Source: Candidatus Helarchaeota archaeon
GTDB taxonomy: Archaea; Asgardarchaeota; Lokiarchaeia; Helarchaeales; RDOG01
Direction of reading: 5' to 3'
Assembly (NCBI GenBank): GCA_029838215.1
Contig: JALGVI010000011.1
Location: 26,705 to 90,704, forward strand
Length of the DNA stretch: 64,000 nucleotides
The translations under genes and the position numbers were made by a program. Below are positions 20,846-29,825 of this stretch, one piece after another. Each line of letters starts with the position of its first letter. Position 1 is the first letter of the stretch. The notes under the pieces were generated by a model. That model made no database searches. It worked only from the letters and a program-made list of their open reading frames with translations, and was not told the DNA's origin.

Positions 20846-22161
20846 AAGAATTAAAAGAATATTTACGCGGTTTGGCACCAGAATCGTTTATTAAACGTGG
20901 AATAATTGGATTAAAAGCAAGTTTAGATCCCATCAAGAGATTATTCGAACAAAGACGCGTGCCTCAACAAGGATGGAATGAAGAACAAGTAAGAACTCTC
21001 TTTAAATTATTGTCTGCATTAGATACTGATAAAGATCCGGGTGCCGCACGCGTTGGAGAGCGTGAAGCGAGAATTATCTCTCCACTGTTATCTGAATTCG
21101 TTGCGGGTTTTTGTCATGGCATTGGAAGAAGCGGAGTTTTGTTTGCCGACCAACCAAAAGCACCCGGAGGATCGATCATGTATCGACTAACGAATCGATT
21201 GGCCTTGGATGCACTCAAGAGATTGGGAGTCCCGAATATTAAAACCGCTTTAGTATTACCTCTAGCAACAGGAATGAGTATTGCGTTGATATTGGCAACG
21301 ATCAGGCAACAAAAAAAGGGAAAGAAAGTTATTTATCCGCGTGCGGATCATAAATCACCTTTAAAAGCCATTTATCTCTCAGGATTGGAAGCCGATATCG
21401 TCCAAGGCGAGATCGTTGGCGATGCTGTCAGGGTTCCACCTTCAAGGATTGAGGAACGGATTACGGATGATACCGTTGCAATCTTATCTACGACCACGTT
21501 TTTTCCACCGAGGGAAAGTGATGACATCAAGGAGATCGCCAAGATTTGCAAAAAACACGACATATTCCACGTGATTAATAATGCATATGGTGTCCAAAGC
21601 GAAAAAACAATGAAAAATATTAGAAGTGCAATTGATGCGGGACGAGTCGATGCTTTCGTTCAGAGTACTGATAAAAATTTTTTGACTCCAGTTGGTGGTG
21701 CAATCATTGCTTCACCAGATCAACAGTTCATCGGGGATGTCAATCAAACACATGCAGGACGGGCCTCAGCAGCTCCCATAATTCAATTTTTAGCCTCGAT
21801 TCTTCTCATGGGGCTAGATGGATACCAAAAAATGAGACAAGAACAATTGGAAAATAAAAAGATATTAAAAGAAGGATTAATTCCAATTGCAGAACGGTGG
21901 GGTGAACGACTTTTGGCAATTGAAAATCCCGTTTCTTGCACGATGACACTTACAAATTTTGATCCAAACAAAGTAGGGGGAGCTTTATATAACTTGAGGG
22001 TAACAGGACCTCGGGCAGTCCTTCCTTCAGAGTGGGGATCTTCAATTGACGGATACCCTCATCCTTATCTAGTCCTAAATGCTGCCATCGGGTCGCGAAA
22101 ACAAGATGTTGAAGCGGTCTTGGTCAAATTGGAAAAAGCTTTTAGTCAAATAAATTATTAA
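20842..22161 (+). CDS. spcS: O-phosphoseryl-tRNA(Sec) selenium transferase (SepSecS)
   Basis: RVGEREARI, HGIGRSG...QPKAPG, LATGMS, NNAYG, QSTDKNFLTPVGG (PLP Lys), GRASA. Confidence 0.97.
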   Translation: MKELKEYLRGLAPESFIKRGIIGLKASLDPIKRLFEQRRVPQQGWNEEQVRTLFKLLSALDTDKDPGAARVGEREARIISPLLSEFVAGFCHGIGRSGVLFADQPKAPGGSIMYRLTNRLALDALKRLGVPNIKTALVLPLATGMSIALILATIRQQKKGKKVIYPRADHKSPLKAIYLSGLEADIVQGEIVGDAVRVPPSRIEERITDDTVAILSTTTFFPPRESDDIKEIAKICKKHDIFHVINNAYGVQSEKTMKNIRSAIDAGRVDAFVQSTDKNFLTPVGGAIIASPDQQFIGDVNQTHAGRASAAPIIQFLASILLMGLDGYQKMRQEQLENKKILKEGLIPIAERWGERLLAIENPVSCTMTLTNFDPNKVGGALYNLRVTGPRAVLPSEWGSSIDGYPHPYLVLNAAIGSRKQDVEAVLVKLEKAFSQINY

Positions 22162-22178
22162 TCGCATGAAAATTCAAT

Positions 22179-22294
22179 GGCGAGCCGTTGCACAGGTGGT
22201 CCTGGGCACCGGACTTCAGAGTCTCTAAAAAAATACGGAGCAATCCGGTATACCTGACGAAGGTATGGGGTTCGATTCCCCCGGCTTGCCGCCA
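22179..22294 (+). tRNA. selC: tRNA-Sec (UCA), 9/4 fold, with a 23-nt intron at 37/38 (22220-22242)
   Basis: 9-bp acceptor GGCGAGCCG / CGGCTTGCC, G73 and encoded CCA; 7-bp D stem with TGGT loop (one A.G); anticodon CT-TCA-G; 6-bp variable stem; 4-bp T stem GGGG-TTCGATT-CCCC; BHB around the intron. Confidence 0.93.
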
Positions 22295-22342
22295 AATCTG
22301 CTCAAATGTTGCATTTTCTCTTAGAATATTATTCAATTTGAT

Positions 22343-22978
22343 TCATTGGAACTCTTCCGGATTTAATCGTTTTATCTCCGGATGTGCAGACGGATTAAAA
22401 CCAAAGACGATTTCGACAAATTGGTTGAGCATGTATGCCGTAGCACCCCAAATCGTATGTTCATCATATTGATAGTAAAATACCGGGAATTTTTTTCCAT
22501 GAAAATCAAAAAGTTTTTCAGAAAATGTATCTTTGTTTAGAAACACGTGAAGTGGTGTTTCAATGATGTATTCTACTTCTGTTTTATTAGGAGAATAATC
22601 GAATGGGTATTGAACGTATCCCACGAATGGTGAAATGACATAATGAGTTAACGTGAACATGTCATCCAGCTCACCGAGAATTTCGATTTTTTCTCTCGGT
22701 AAATGAATCTCTTCTTCAGTCTCACGAAGCGCAGTATCAAGTAGCGACTCATCGCCTTCTTCAATTTTTCCACCTGGAAAGGAAATTTCACCCTTATGTT
22801 TCTTCAGGTTATTTGCGCGTTTGGTCAATATTACATGAGGCTCATCATCTTTTTCGAATAATAAAAGAAGGACTGCTGAATGTCTATATTCTGGGTATGC
22901 AATCTTGAATTTGTTGCGATTCTTTAATGATTTTTTAACGTTTTCCTTGGAGAAAAATCGGATCGATGGCACTTTCAT
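22343..22978 (-). CDS. Nudix hydrolase, CoA pyrophosphatase (NudL) type
   Basis: LTKRANNLKKHKGEISFPGG (NuCoA motif) plus Nudix box ALRETEEE; IWGATA. Confidence 0.92.
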   Translation of the reverse strand: MKVPSIRFFSKENVKKSLKNRNKFKIAYPEYRHSAVLLLLFEKDDEPHVILTKRANNLKKHKGEISFPGGKIEEGDESLLDTALRETEEEIHLPREKIEILGELDDMFTLTHYVISPFVGYVQYPFDYSPNKTEVEYIIETPLHVFLNKDTFSEKLFDFHGKKFPVFYYQYDEHTIWGATAYMLNQFVEIVFGFNPSAHPEIKRLNPEEFQ

Positions 22979-23000
22979 TCAACTTGACTTAAAGAAATCA

Positions 23001-23921
23001 TCAATCAATAATTCGAAATTTTAGTGCCTTTTCAGGACAGGCACCATAGCATTCCAAGCACATGTCGCAACTATGATGACCAATATGCTCGAACGGTTCT
23101 TTTAAAATGGGCACGTTCATGGGACAGACTTCTTCGCATTTTTTACACTTGTTACAATGTGTTGGGTCTCGTTTCAACCCAATTAATTTATATCGTCCAA
23201 AAAATCCCATGCAAGTCCCTGTTGGGCAAATATACCTGCAAAATGCACGTTGGATCACGAGATTCAAACCGATAAAAACAACAACGAGAATGACTTGCAC
23301 GATTAATACTGGATTTCTGGCGATGAAGTCCCAAACGCCCTGCAAGACGTTCGGAAACTCGCCTCGAATGATCATCCACGGAATTGTCGAGAATAAAGTA
23401 TTGTAAGGATCTATTGAGGTAAAAACGCCGTATTGAAAATATGAAATTGAAGGAAATTCCATGCCAACGAAATCACTCACTAAAAAGGAAAATCCATCAA
23501 CTACAGCATAACCTATGAATGCTGCGAGTAGGATTAGAGGAAGTAGGTAAGCGGTTTCCTCAAGCTCCTGTGAGAACTTGGCCTTCTTAAAAGGTATATA
23601 TGATACGATGTCATTGATTAATCCCATAGGACAGATCCATGCACAACAAGCGCGACCTGCAATAACCCCTATGATGAACGTGATACCCAGCGTGAAAAAA
23701 GGTATGACAGAAGCAATTAACTGCATTTCGACAATATTAAAGAAACCAGACACATTTGTATAAGGTGATCCGAATCCAATATCGATGGGTAGAATCCAGC
23801 CCTCCATCCAATAAAGAAGGGGCATCACGAAAAAACCCAAATTGAACAGAAAAAACGAAGTGACTTGAACCACCAATCGTATTAATCGCACTTTCAGCCT
23901 GCGTTCCATTTTTCCAACCAA
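23001..23921 (-). CDS. NapH/MauN-like membrane 4Fe-4S protein
   Basis: Several TM helices, two CxxxCP motifs, and C-terminal 2x[4Fe-4S] (CNKCKKCEEVCP, CDMCLECYGACP). Confidence 0.9.
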   Translation of the reverse strand: MVGKMERRLKVRLIRLVVQVTSFFLFNLGFFVMPLLYWMEGWILPIDIGFGSPYTNVSGFFNIVEMQLIASVIPFFTLGITFIIGVIAGRACCAWICPMGLINDIVSYIPFKKAKFSQELEETAYLLPLILLAAFIGYAVVDGFSFLVSDFVGMEFPSISYFQYGVFTSIDPYNTLFSTIPWMIIRGEFPNVLQGVWDFIARNPVLIVQVILVVVFIGLNLVIQRAFCRYICPTGTCMGFFGRYKLIGLKRDPTHCNKCKKCEEVCPMNVPILKEPFEHIGHHSCDMCLECYGACPEKALKFRIID

Positions 23922-23927
23922 ACTTCT

Positions 23928-24050
23928 TTAACCAATTTTAAATGCATGCACGAGTATAATGATTTGAAGCGGTTGTTGTAATGTCAAGCCAATGCTAAGG
24001 CATATTATGGCGAGAAGAATGATCATGACAGTGATAACTTTTGCACGCAA
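23928..24050 (-). CDS. Small 40-aa membrane peptide not in the ORF track
   Basis: TTG start after GAGGAG; MRAKVITVMIILLAIICLSIGLTLQQPLQIIILVHAFKIG*; stops 6 nt before the Fe-S gene. Confidence 0.55.
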   Translation of the reverse strand: MRAKVITVMIILLAIICLSIGLTLQQPLQIIILVHAFKIG

Positions 24051-24158
24051 GAGAAAAGACTCCTCGATCTTTAATAAATTTCAATACTTGATAGCCATAT
24101 TTCTTCTTGCTTTTTAAGTTTTGCTTGGTTCATTCAATTTCAGATCGGCAAATACAGT

Positions 24159-24173
24159 CCGACATCATGTCGG
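24159..24173. promoter_or_regulatory. Perfect 7-1-7 palindrome, candidate operator
   Basis: CCGACAT-C-ATGTCGG between divergent genes. Confidence 0.4.
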
Positions 24174-24427
24174 GTCCGCACGGTATCTTCTGAACCAATT
24201 TTTTTGACTTTTCAGGTCATGGTTCCTTGTGAAAAATCAATTCAAGTGTAGAAAGTTATATTAACCGATTTTTTAAAATTCATGGCTTACCAAGAGCCAG
24301 TGGTTCGAAAAGTCTTTACACGACTTCACTACATTACTAAATTATCTTTCAAATGGATAAGAAGGACCACAATTACATATTTAAACCTAAAGATTCTTGT
24401 AAGCTTGTTCTTATTGGAGAGGTTTCA

Positions 24428-25204
24428 ATGAGCAAAAATGAATTGGATTTCAGTCACGTTGAGAAGCCGTTTACAGAATATCGACGAACTTTCATTTTGG
24501 ATGCCATTCGTGAGAATAAGAAATCACATACCATAAATTTTTTGACGGAGTTGGATGTCACGGAAGTCGTGAATTTCTTCCGCGCTCATCAAGTCAAGAC
24601 TGGAGAAATCCTCTCCTTCACCGCTTATATGGTTAAATGTCTTGCTCAAGCCATTTCCGAAAATAAAGAGATGCACGCAGTACGGCAAAAAATGAAAAAA
24701 TTGATCATGTATGATGATATCGATGTAAACATCTTGATTGAAAAAAAAATTAATGGTGAAGGAAGACCTTATCCGTATACAATAAGGGCGGCAGACAAGA
24801 AGTCTTTTTGGGAGATACAACAGGAGATTCGCTCCGTTGTGGAAAATTTCAAAATTCCTCGGTTTCATTCTCTTCCTCGTTTCATTAGAAAGATATTTTG
24901 GTGGAAATACAGGAGTAGCGCACGCCTTCGAAAAAAAACCACGGGAACGGTTGGTCTTTCCAATTGGGGAATGAAAGGATCAGTATGTGGATGGCCCGTC
25001 ACAGCCTCATTTTTTACGATTTTTATAAGCATAGGCTGCATAATGAAAAAACCGTGGGTTGTTGACGAACAGATTAAAATTCGCGAGATCCTGCACTGCA
25101 CTCTCTGTGCCGATCATTTCATAATTGATGGCATTCCCCTGGCTCAATTCGCCACTCGACTACGAGAACTGGTCGAAAGCGGAAGTGAATTACTCAAAAA
25201 ATGA
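24428..25204 (+). CDS. 2-oxoacid dehydrogenase E2-like acyltransferase, catalytic domain only
   Basis: LSFTAYMVKCLAQA, GTVGLSNWG, ADHFIIDG (HxxxDG); no lipoyl domain. ATG at 24428 follows GGAGAGGT. Confidence 0.85.
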   Translation: MSKNELDFSHVEKPFTEYRRTFILDAIRENKKSHTINFLTELDVTEVVNFFRAHQVKTGEILSFTAYMVKCLAQAISENKEMHAVRQKMKKLIMYDDIDVNILIEKKINGEGRPYPYTIRAADKKSFWEIQQEIRSVVENFKIPRFHSLPRFIRKIFWWKYRSSARLRKKTTGTVGLSNWGMKGSVCGWPVTASFFTIFISIGCIMKKPWVVDEQIKIREILHCTLCADHFIIDGIPLAQFATRLRELVESGSELLKK

Positions 25205-25272
25205 CCGATTACCTGTTCAACTAAATACTTATAAAAGGCATGACGATATCTTACATAAAGAATTGGTGATGA

Positions 25273-26448
25273 TTGAAGATGTCAGCATCAAATGAAGCCG
25301 AAGACTTAATGAAAAAAATAAAAAAAGCAGCAAAAATTATTTCCAGCGCAGGCCCATTACCATTCCCCATATCTGATACGTTCATCAAGATCTTGAAATA
25401 TTACCTTGACGATGAAGACATTGAATTGATTAAGGCCTTTAAATTCAAGAAATCCATGACCATGGATCAACTGAAGAGCAAGCTAAAAGACCTTTCTGAA
25501 GAAGAAATCGATAGAAGAGCCGCCAAGCTCGCAAAGAAAGGTTTTATTTTTAACCAACCCAGCTCAAAGGGCTTGATGGTCTATCGTCTCTTACCCATTG
25601 TAATCATCGGAGCATTCGAATATACTTTCATGCCCAAACTCCCGGAAAATGAAGCCGAACTCGAACGACTCAGAAACATCGCAGTTTTATATGAAAAATT
25701 AATGGAAGAACTTCGAGATTCCATCCAAGAACGATACGATAACTTCTTGCCAATGTTCCAACAACAACCTCCAACCGATCGAACAATTCCACTCTTCAAG
25801 AATGCTGAAGGCAAGACAATCCCCATAAACAAGAGCATTCAAGCTGAAGAAGTCGTCCTGCCTGCACAAACCGTCGAAGAAATAATCAATAAATTCGATG
25901 ACATTGCCGTTGGAAATTGTTTCTGCCGTCAATACAGGGTAATGCTCGGCGGAAAATGCGAGATTGATGCTCCAATGGAAGTATGCTTCACGTTCGGAAA
26001 ATCTGCCAAGCACGTGGTACAACAGGGCTTTGCCAGAAAAGTCTCAAAAGAAGAAGCGCTAGAAATAATGAAAAAAGCCGAAGACGCCGGACTGGTCCAT
26101 AAAGCATTTCATAACGCATCCGATATTAACAAGATTGAAAATTCGATTTGTAATTGCTGCAAGTGTTGCTGTGATACCTTTGGCTTGTGGCGAATGGGTG
26201 CAATCCCGATGGTCAACTCAACCAACTTTTTATCTCAGGTAGATCAGGAGAAATGCGTCGGTTGTGGCACGTGCGAAGAACGATGTCCAACGGGAGCCAT
26301 CGCCCTGAATGCCGATAGCAAGGCTGAAGTAAATTCGGAACTCTGCATAGGATGCGGTATTTGTGCACACTTCTGTCCCGAACAAGCAATTTCGCTCAAA
26401 GAAGGCATGCGAACGGTATTTGTTCTGCCTCCACGTCTAAATAAATGA
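25273..26448 (+). CDS. Iron-sulfur cluster binding protein
   Basis: CFCR, CNCCKCCC, and C-terminal CVGCGTCEERCP / CIGCGICAHFCP. Confidence 0.88.
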   Translation: MKMSASNEAEDLMKKIKKAAKIISSAGPLPFPISDTFIKILKYYLDDEDIELIKAFKFKKSMTMDQLKSKLKDLSEEEIDRRAAKLAKKGFIFNQPSSKGLMVYRLLPIVIIGAFEYTFMPKLPENEAELERLRNIAVLYEKLMEELRDSIQERYDNFLPMFQQQPPTDRTIPLFKNAEGKTIPINKSIQAEEVVLPAQTVEEIINKFDDIAVGNCFCRQYRVMLGGKCEIDAPMEVCFTFGKSAKHVVQQGFARKVSKEEALEIMKKAEDAGLVHKAFHNASDINKIENSICNCCKCCCDTFGLWRMGAIPMVNSTNFLSQVDQEKCVGCGTCEERCPTGAIALNADSKAEVNSELCIGCGICAHFCPEQAISLKEGMRTVFVLPPRLNK

Positions 26449-27339
26449 ACTCAAATTCTTATTCTTTTTTTCTTTCAAGAAAAAACCACTAAATGGTCGC
26501 AAGATCCTTTCTGATCTTGAATTATCCAGTATGGCAAAAACGATTTTTTGAAAGGCATTCTTAAATAAGCCGCTTCCAGCTAAATGCCCGTGAAAATATC
26601 TCGCAACATCATCAGGGTTGTTACGGAAGACACCGCATCCCCAAGCTCCCAATACCAGCACGGAATGCCCGTGAATTACTCCTAAAGATAGGATTTTTTC
26701 GATTCGATCAACCATTACTTGCTTGATAAAGCTAATCTTTTTTGGCTCATTTCTTCTAACCGCACCGGCATTGACCGCTGGCGCCGTAATTATTGAGAGC
26801 CGATACGGTGAATCCAGTAATCCCCCGTCATCATCACGAAACACGGGGACCATCGGTGAATAAATCAAGTGATCTAAATAGAGATTTGACCTAAATCTCT
26901 TGTTCGCTTCATAATACCCTCGCATTTGTGCAATGCAGGGAAAAAGACCCGATGCTCTTGCAAGACTCTCTTCCTGTGCACCGCTACCCTTTAAAAAACC
27001 TCCTCCCGGATTCCTTGCAGAAGCAAAATTCAAGCAGGCAACGTCAGCATGTCCTTTCTTCACCACGAGACGACGAGCCGCACTCAATGTCGTCTCATTT
27101 CTCACTTCAAAAATGGTTTTATTTTCGACCTTTTTAACTCGAAGCAGTTTATTTCGACGTGAAAAAACCGCATCAAACATGTCAGGTTTATAATGGATTG
27201 AATTTGATCTCGCGAAATCAAGCATGTACTGAAGATCAACTAATTCGCCATGCTCATTTTTATACTTTCCCTTCTCCAAGATTTCCAGGGTTTCTCTTGC
27301 AATTGCCGCTCTTTCCGTTCTGGAACTCAATTTGATCAT
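26437..27339 (-). CDS. TIGR02452 family bacterial-type PARG macrodomain
   Basis: LNFASARNPGGGFLKGSGAQEESLAR (macrodomain-PARG loop), LVLGAWGCGVFRN. Confidence 0.92.
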   Translation of the reverse strand: MIKLSSRTERAAIARETLEILEKGKYKNEHGELVDLQYMLDFARSNSIHYKPDMFDAVFSRRNKLLRVKKVENKTIFEVRNETTLSAARRLVVKKGHADVACLNFASARNPGGGFLKGSGAQEESLARASGLFPCIAQMRGYYEANKRFRSNLYLDHLIYSPMVPVFRDDDGGLLDSPYRLSIITAPAVNAGAVRRNEPKKISFIKQVMVDRIEKILSLGVIHGHSVLVLGAWGCGVFRNNPDDVARYFHGHLAGSGLFKNAFQKIVFAILDNSRSERILRPFSGFFLKEKKNKNLSSFI

Positions 27340-27421
27340 CTCAAGTCTAATTATCTATTAATAACGGAATCTCGATCATCATGTCATTTTTTTTCATTCT
27401 CCACAAGAACTCTAATATGAC

Positions 27422-28303
27422 ATGAAACATCAAGAATTATTCATGTCAAAAGTTAACATAAACGAGTGTCACGAAAAAATCAAAGGATTTCTAAAACGAC
27501 TGGGCACTACGGAATTCAAGGAAGATTTGGAACAGCATACCATTGACGTGCCATTGAGATTAGAATTTAAGTCTGGCGACTCCATCGAATTAAACACCCG
27601 AATCCTGACCACGAACGAAGGATGGATCTTGATTAAATGCTTGCTCATGTTTAACGACACGATCCCTCCCGACCCCGAGATCCATGAAGAACTTTGGAGT
27701 AAATTATTGCAAGGCAACTTCGAATATCCAGAAGTGACGTATTCTCTTGACCGAGAATATAATATTTTCGTGGAAACCGACATGCCAGTTGGGACAACGT
27801 TTGAGAACTTCGAATCGGAATACAACTCCATTCGTTTTGGCGCAATAAATTACTTCACGAAAATACTACCAAAGATCAACGCAGAAATTCAGAGAGTCGA
27901 CACGTTCGAACGCATGCACCATCTTTACCTTTTCAAATTACATTCAGGTGTCGTCATTCATGATTATCCATTCAAAAGTAGCAATGAGTTGGAACCACAC
28001 CTCGTCTCCAGCGGGCTTACAGGCCTTGGCATGCTCGTTCAAGAAATAACAAAGAAAGAAACTCAAATGAAAATAATCGAACAGGAAGATATGACAATCC
28101 TCTTGGAACACGGAAAATACATCACGGGAGCACTGATTTCCGAACAGAACTTAATAAGCCTCAGGAAAAAACTGAAGCAATTGGTTAATGAGGTAGAAAA
28201 CTTCTACGATGAACAATTGGAAAAGTTCTCAGGCAACATTTCTGAATTCGAAAACGTCAGGGAACTCACCGAAAAAATATTCATTCCCATAAAAAACAAG
28301 TGA
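27422..28303 (+). CDS. YbjN/CesT-like domain fused to an Asgard longin-like domain
   Basis: N-terminal chaperone-like pattern (GWILIKCLL...LLQGNF...YSLD); C-terminal HLYLFKLHSGVVIHDY...LVSSGLTGLGMLVQEI...KFSGNISEF. Confidence 0.7.
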   Translation: MKHQELFMSKVNINECHEKIKGFLKRLGTTEFKEDLEQHTIDVPLRLEFKSGDSIELNTRILTTNEGWILIKCLLMFNDTIPPDPEIHEELWSKLLQGNFEYPEVTYSLDREYNIFVETDMPVGTTFENFESEYNSIRFGAINYFTKILPKINAEIQRVDTFERMHHLYLFKLHSGVVIHDYPFKSSNELEPHLVSSGLTGLGMLVQEITKKETQMKIIEQEDMTILLEHGKYITGALISEQNLISLRKKLKQLVNEVENFYDEQLEKFSGNISEFENVRELTEKIFIPIKNK

Positions 28304-28391
28304 TGATTTTAGCTTTTTACTCAATATTGATTTTAAAAATTAAGAAAGTCCTTCCAGCATTCCTACAATGTCGGGCTTTGAAGACAGTTTG

Positions 28392-28399
28392 AAAAAAAA
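28392..28399 (-). terminator. Oligo-T terminator of the 23S transcript
   Basis: T8 on the - strand just past the 3' processing arm. Confidence 0.5.
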
Positions 28400-28416
28400 T
28401 AGCAAGAATAGACTGC

Positions 28417-28447
28417 TAGGAACTCCACGACATATTCACGCACGCAT
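28417..28447 (-). other. Pre-23S processing stem, 3' arm (pairs with 31981-32012)
   Basis: Forms a BHB: helix CACGCGU/AUGCGUG, bulge AAA, central CACG/CGUG, bulge AAU, then a 13-bp helix UAGGAACUCCACG/CGUGGAGUUCCUA. Confidence 0.85.
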
Positions 28448-28644
28448 TGTCTAGGTTACTTTCGAACCCGGCACGCTCGGGTGTTTGGGGGCCGCACGCT
28501 GAACATCTCCTTTCGTTGATGCGTACACGCCGGCTCCATCAAACTCCTCTTTTAGGAGAACCCTCGTCTGCTGCAATCCGTTGCTGTCACCAGCCCCGGA
28601 CGACCCATGCCTCGCAGCAGAATGGACGGCTCGTTTCAGGTTTC

Positions 28645-28675
<31 letters not shown>

Positions 28676-28801
28676 GATTGCAGCGTGGCTGCCCGGCATT
28701 GCCCTATCGGACAACCGGTAGACTAGTGGCTACCGCACGCCGTTCCTCTCGTACTGAGCGTCCGTTACCCTCAGCCATCCAACACCCCCAGTAGATAGAA
28801 T

Positions 28802-28844
<43 letters not shown>

Positions 28845-28932
28845 TTAATGGGCGTACAGCCCCACCCTTGGCAGCTGCTTCACCGCCAGGATAGGAAGAG
28901 CCGACATCGAGGAAGCAAGCCGCGGGGTCGAT

Positions 28933-29028
28933 TTACTCGAACCCCCCATTTCAGCTCTTCTGAACGTAAGCACATCGCATGTGAGAGAAGACTCATGTTA
29001 AGTTTGAAAAGTGTCTGTGGGGAGCTCT
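28933..29028 (-). other. 96-nt BHB intron in 23S helix 89
   Basis: Removal restores GAGCUCACAUCGAC. Central helix GCUC/GAGU, bulges AC|A and AA|A, 9-bp intron stem GAGCUCCCC/GGGGGGUUC. Confidence 0.88.
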
Positions 29029-29574
29029 GTGAGCTCTTGCCCGCGACGACTCTGTTACCCCCGGGGTAATTTTTTTGTCGCCACCTACTCCCATGAATGG
29101 AGATTAGATGGATCGCTAGGCCACGCTTTCGCGTCGGGATTCATCATTGGGCAGAATCCCATCAGGCCAGCTTATGCCCTTGCACTCTACGAAGCGTTTC
29201 TGTCGCTTCTGAGCTGACCATTGGGCCTCTTTGATATCTTTTCAAAGAGGTGCCGCCCCAGCCAAACTGCCCACCTGAAGGTGTCCTGAAGCACATGGCT
29301 CCAGTCAGTGATACAACGTACCGAGGCCAGTATTCCACGGTTGCTGGTTCGTGACCCGAAAGCCACAACCCATGAGCTCCTGGCTATGCTATGCGCGACA
29401 CACCGCACCACAACATCAGGCTGCAGTAAAACTCCACGGGGTCTTCTCTTCCCACTGGGGGATCCCGGACTGTTCGCCGGGTAGTGGGTTCACCGGGTAG
29501 AAGGTAGGGACAGTGGGGACCACGTTGATCCGTTCATGCACGTCGGTACTTGTCCGACAAGGCATTTGGCTACC

Positions 29575-29825
29575 TTTATTAACATTGATTATAATTGATA
29601 AGCGGGATATCTATCAAATTTTTCATCTATTTTTGTTCTTAATGGCTTGGTAGTTCTGATATTAAATTTCTCGTTTTAAGTTTCTGAAATAAATTCTATA
29701 GAAGGATGTTTTCCTTCCACTAGACTCTTGAATTTTTTGTTTAATGATTTCTGTTGTAATTAATGTTTAATTATGACGTTTATTATCAGAGATAGTCCCA
29801 GAATCTTGACGCAGCAGAACACTTG
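29575..29825 (-). other. 251-nt intron at about E. coli 1927 of 23S, AT-rich with an eroded ORF
   Basis: Removal restores CUCUCUUAAGGUAGC. Junction is ambiguous by 1-2 nt and the BHB is imperfect. Confidence 0.85.

Noticed and set aside
22142-22472. Short ORFs 22142..22336 and 22188..22472
   Set aside because: They overlap tRNA-Sec and the Nudix gene and are spurious.
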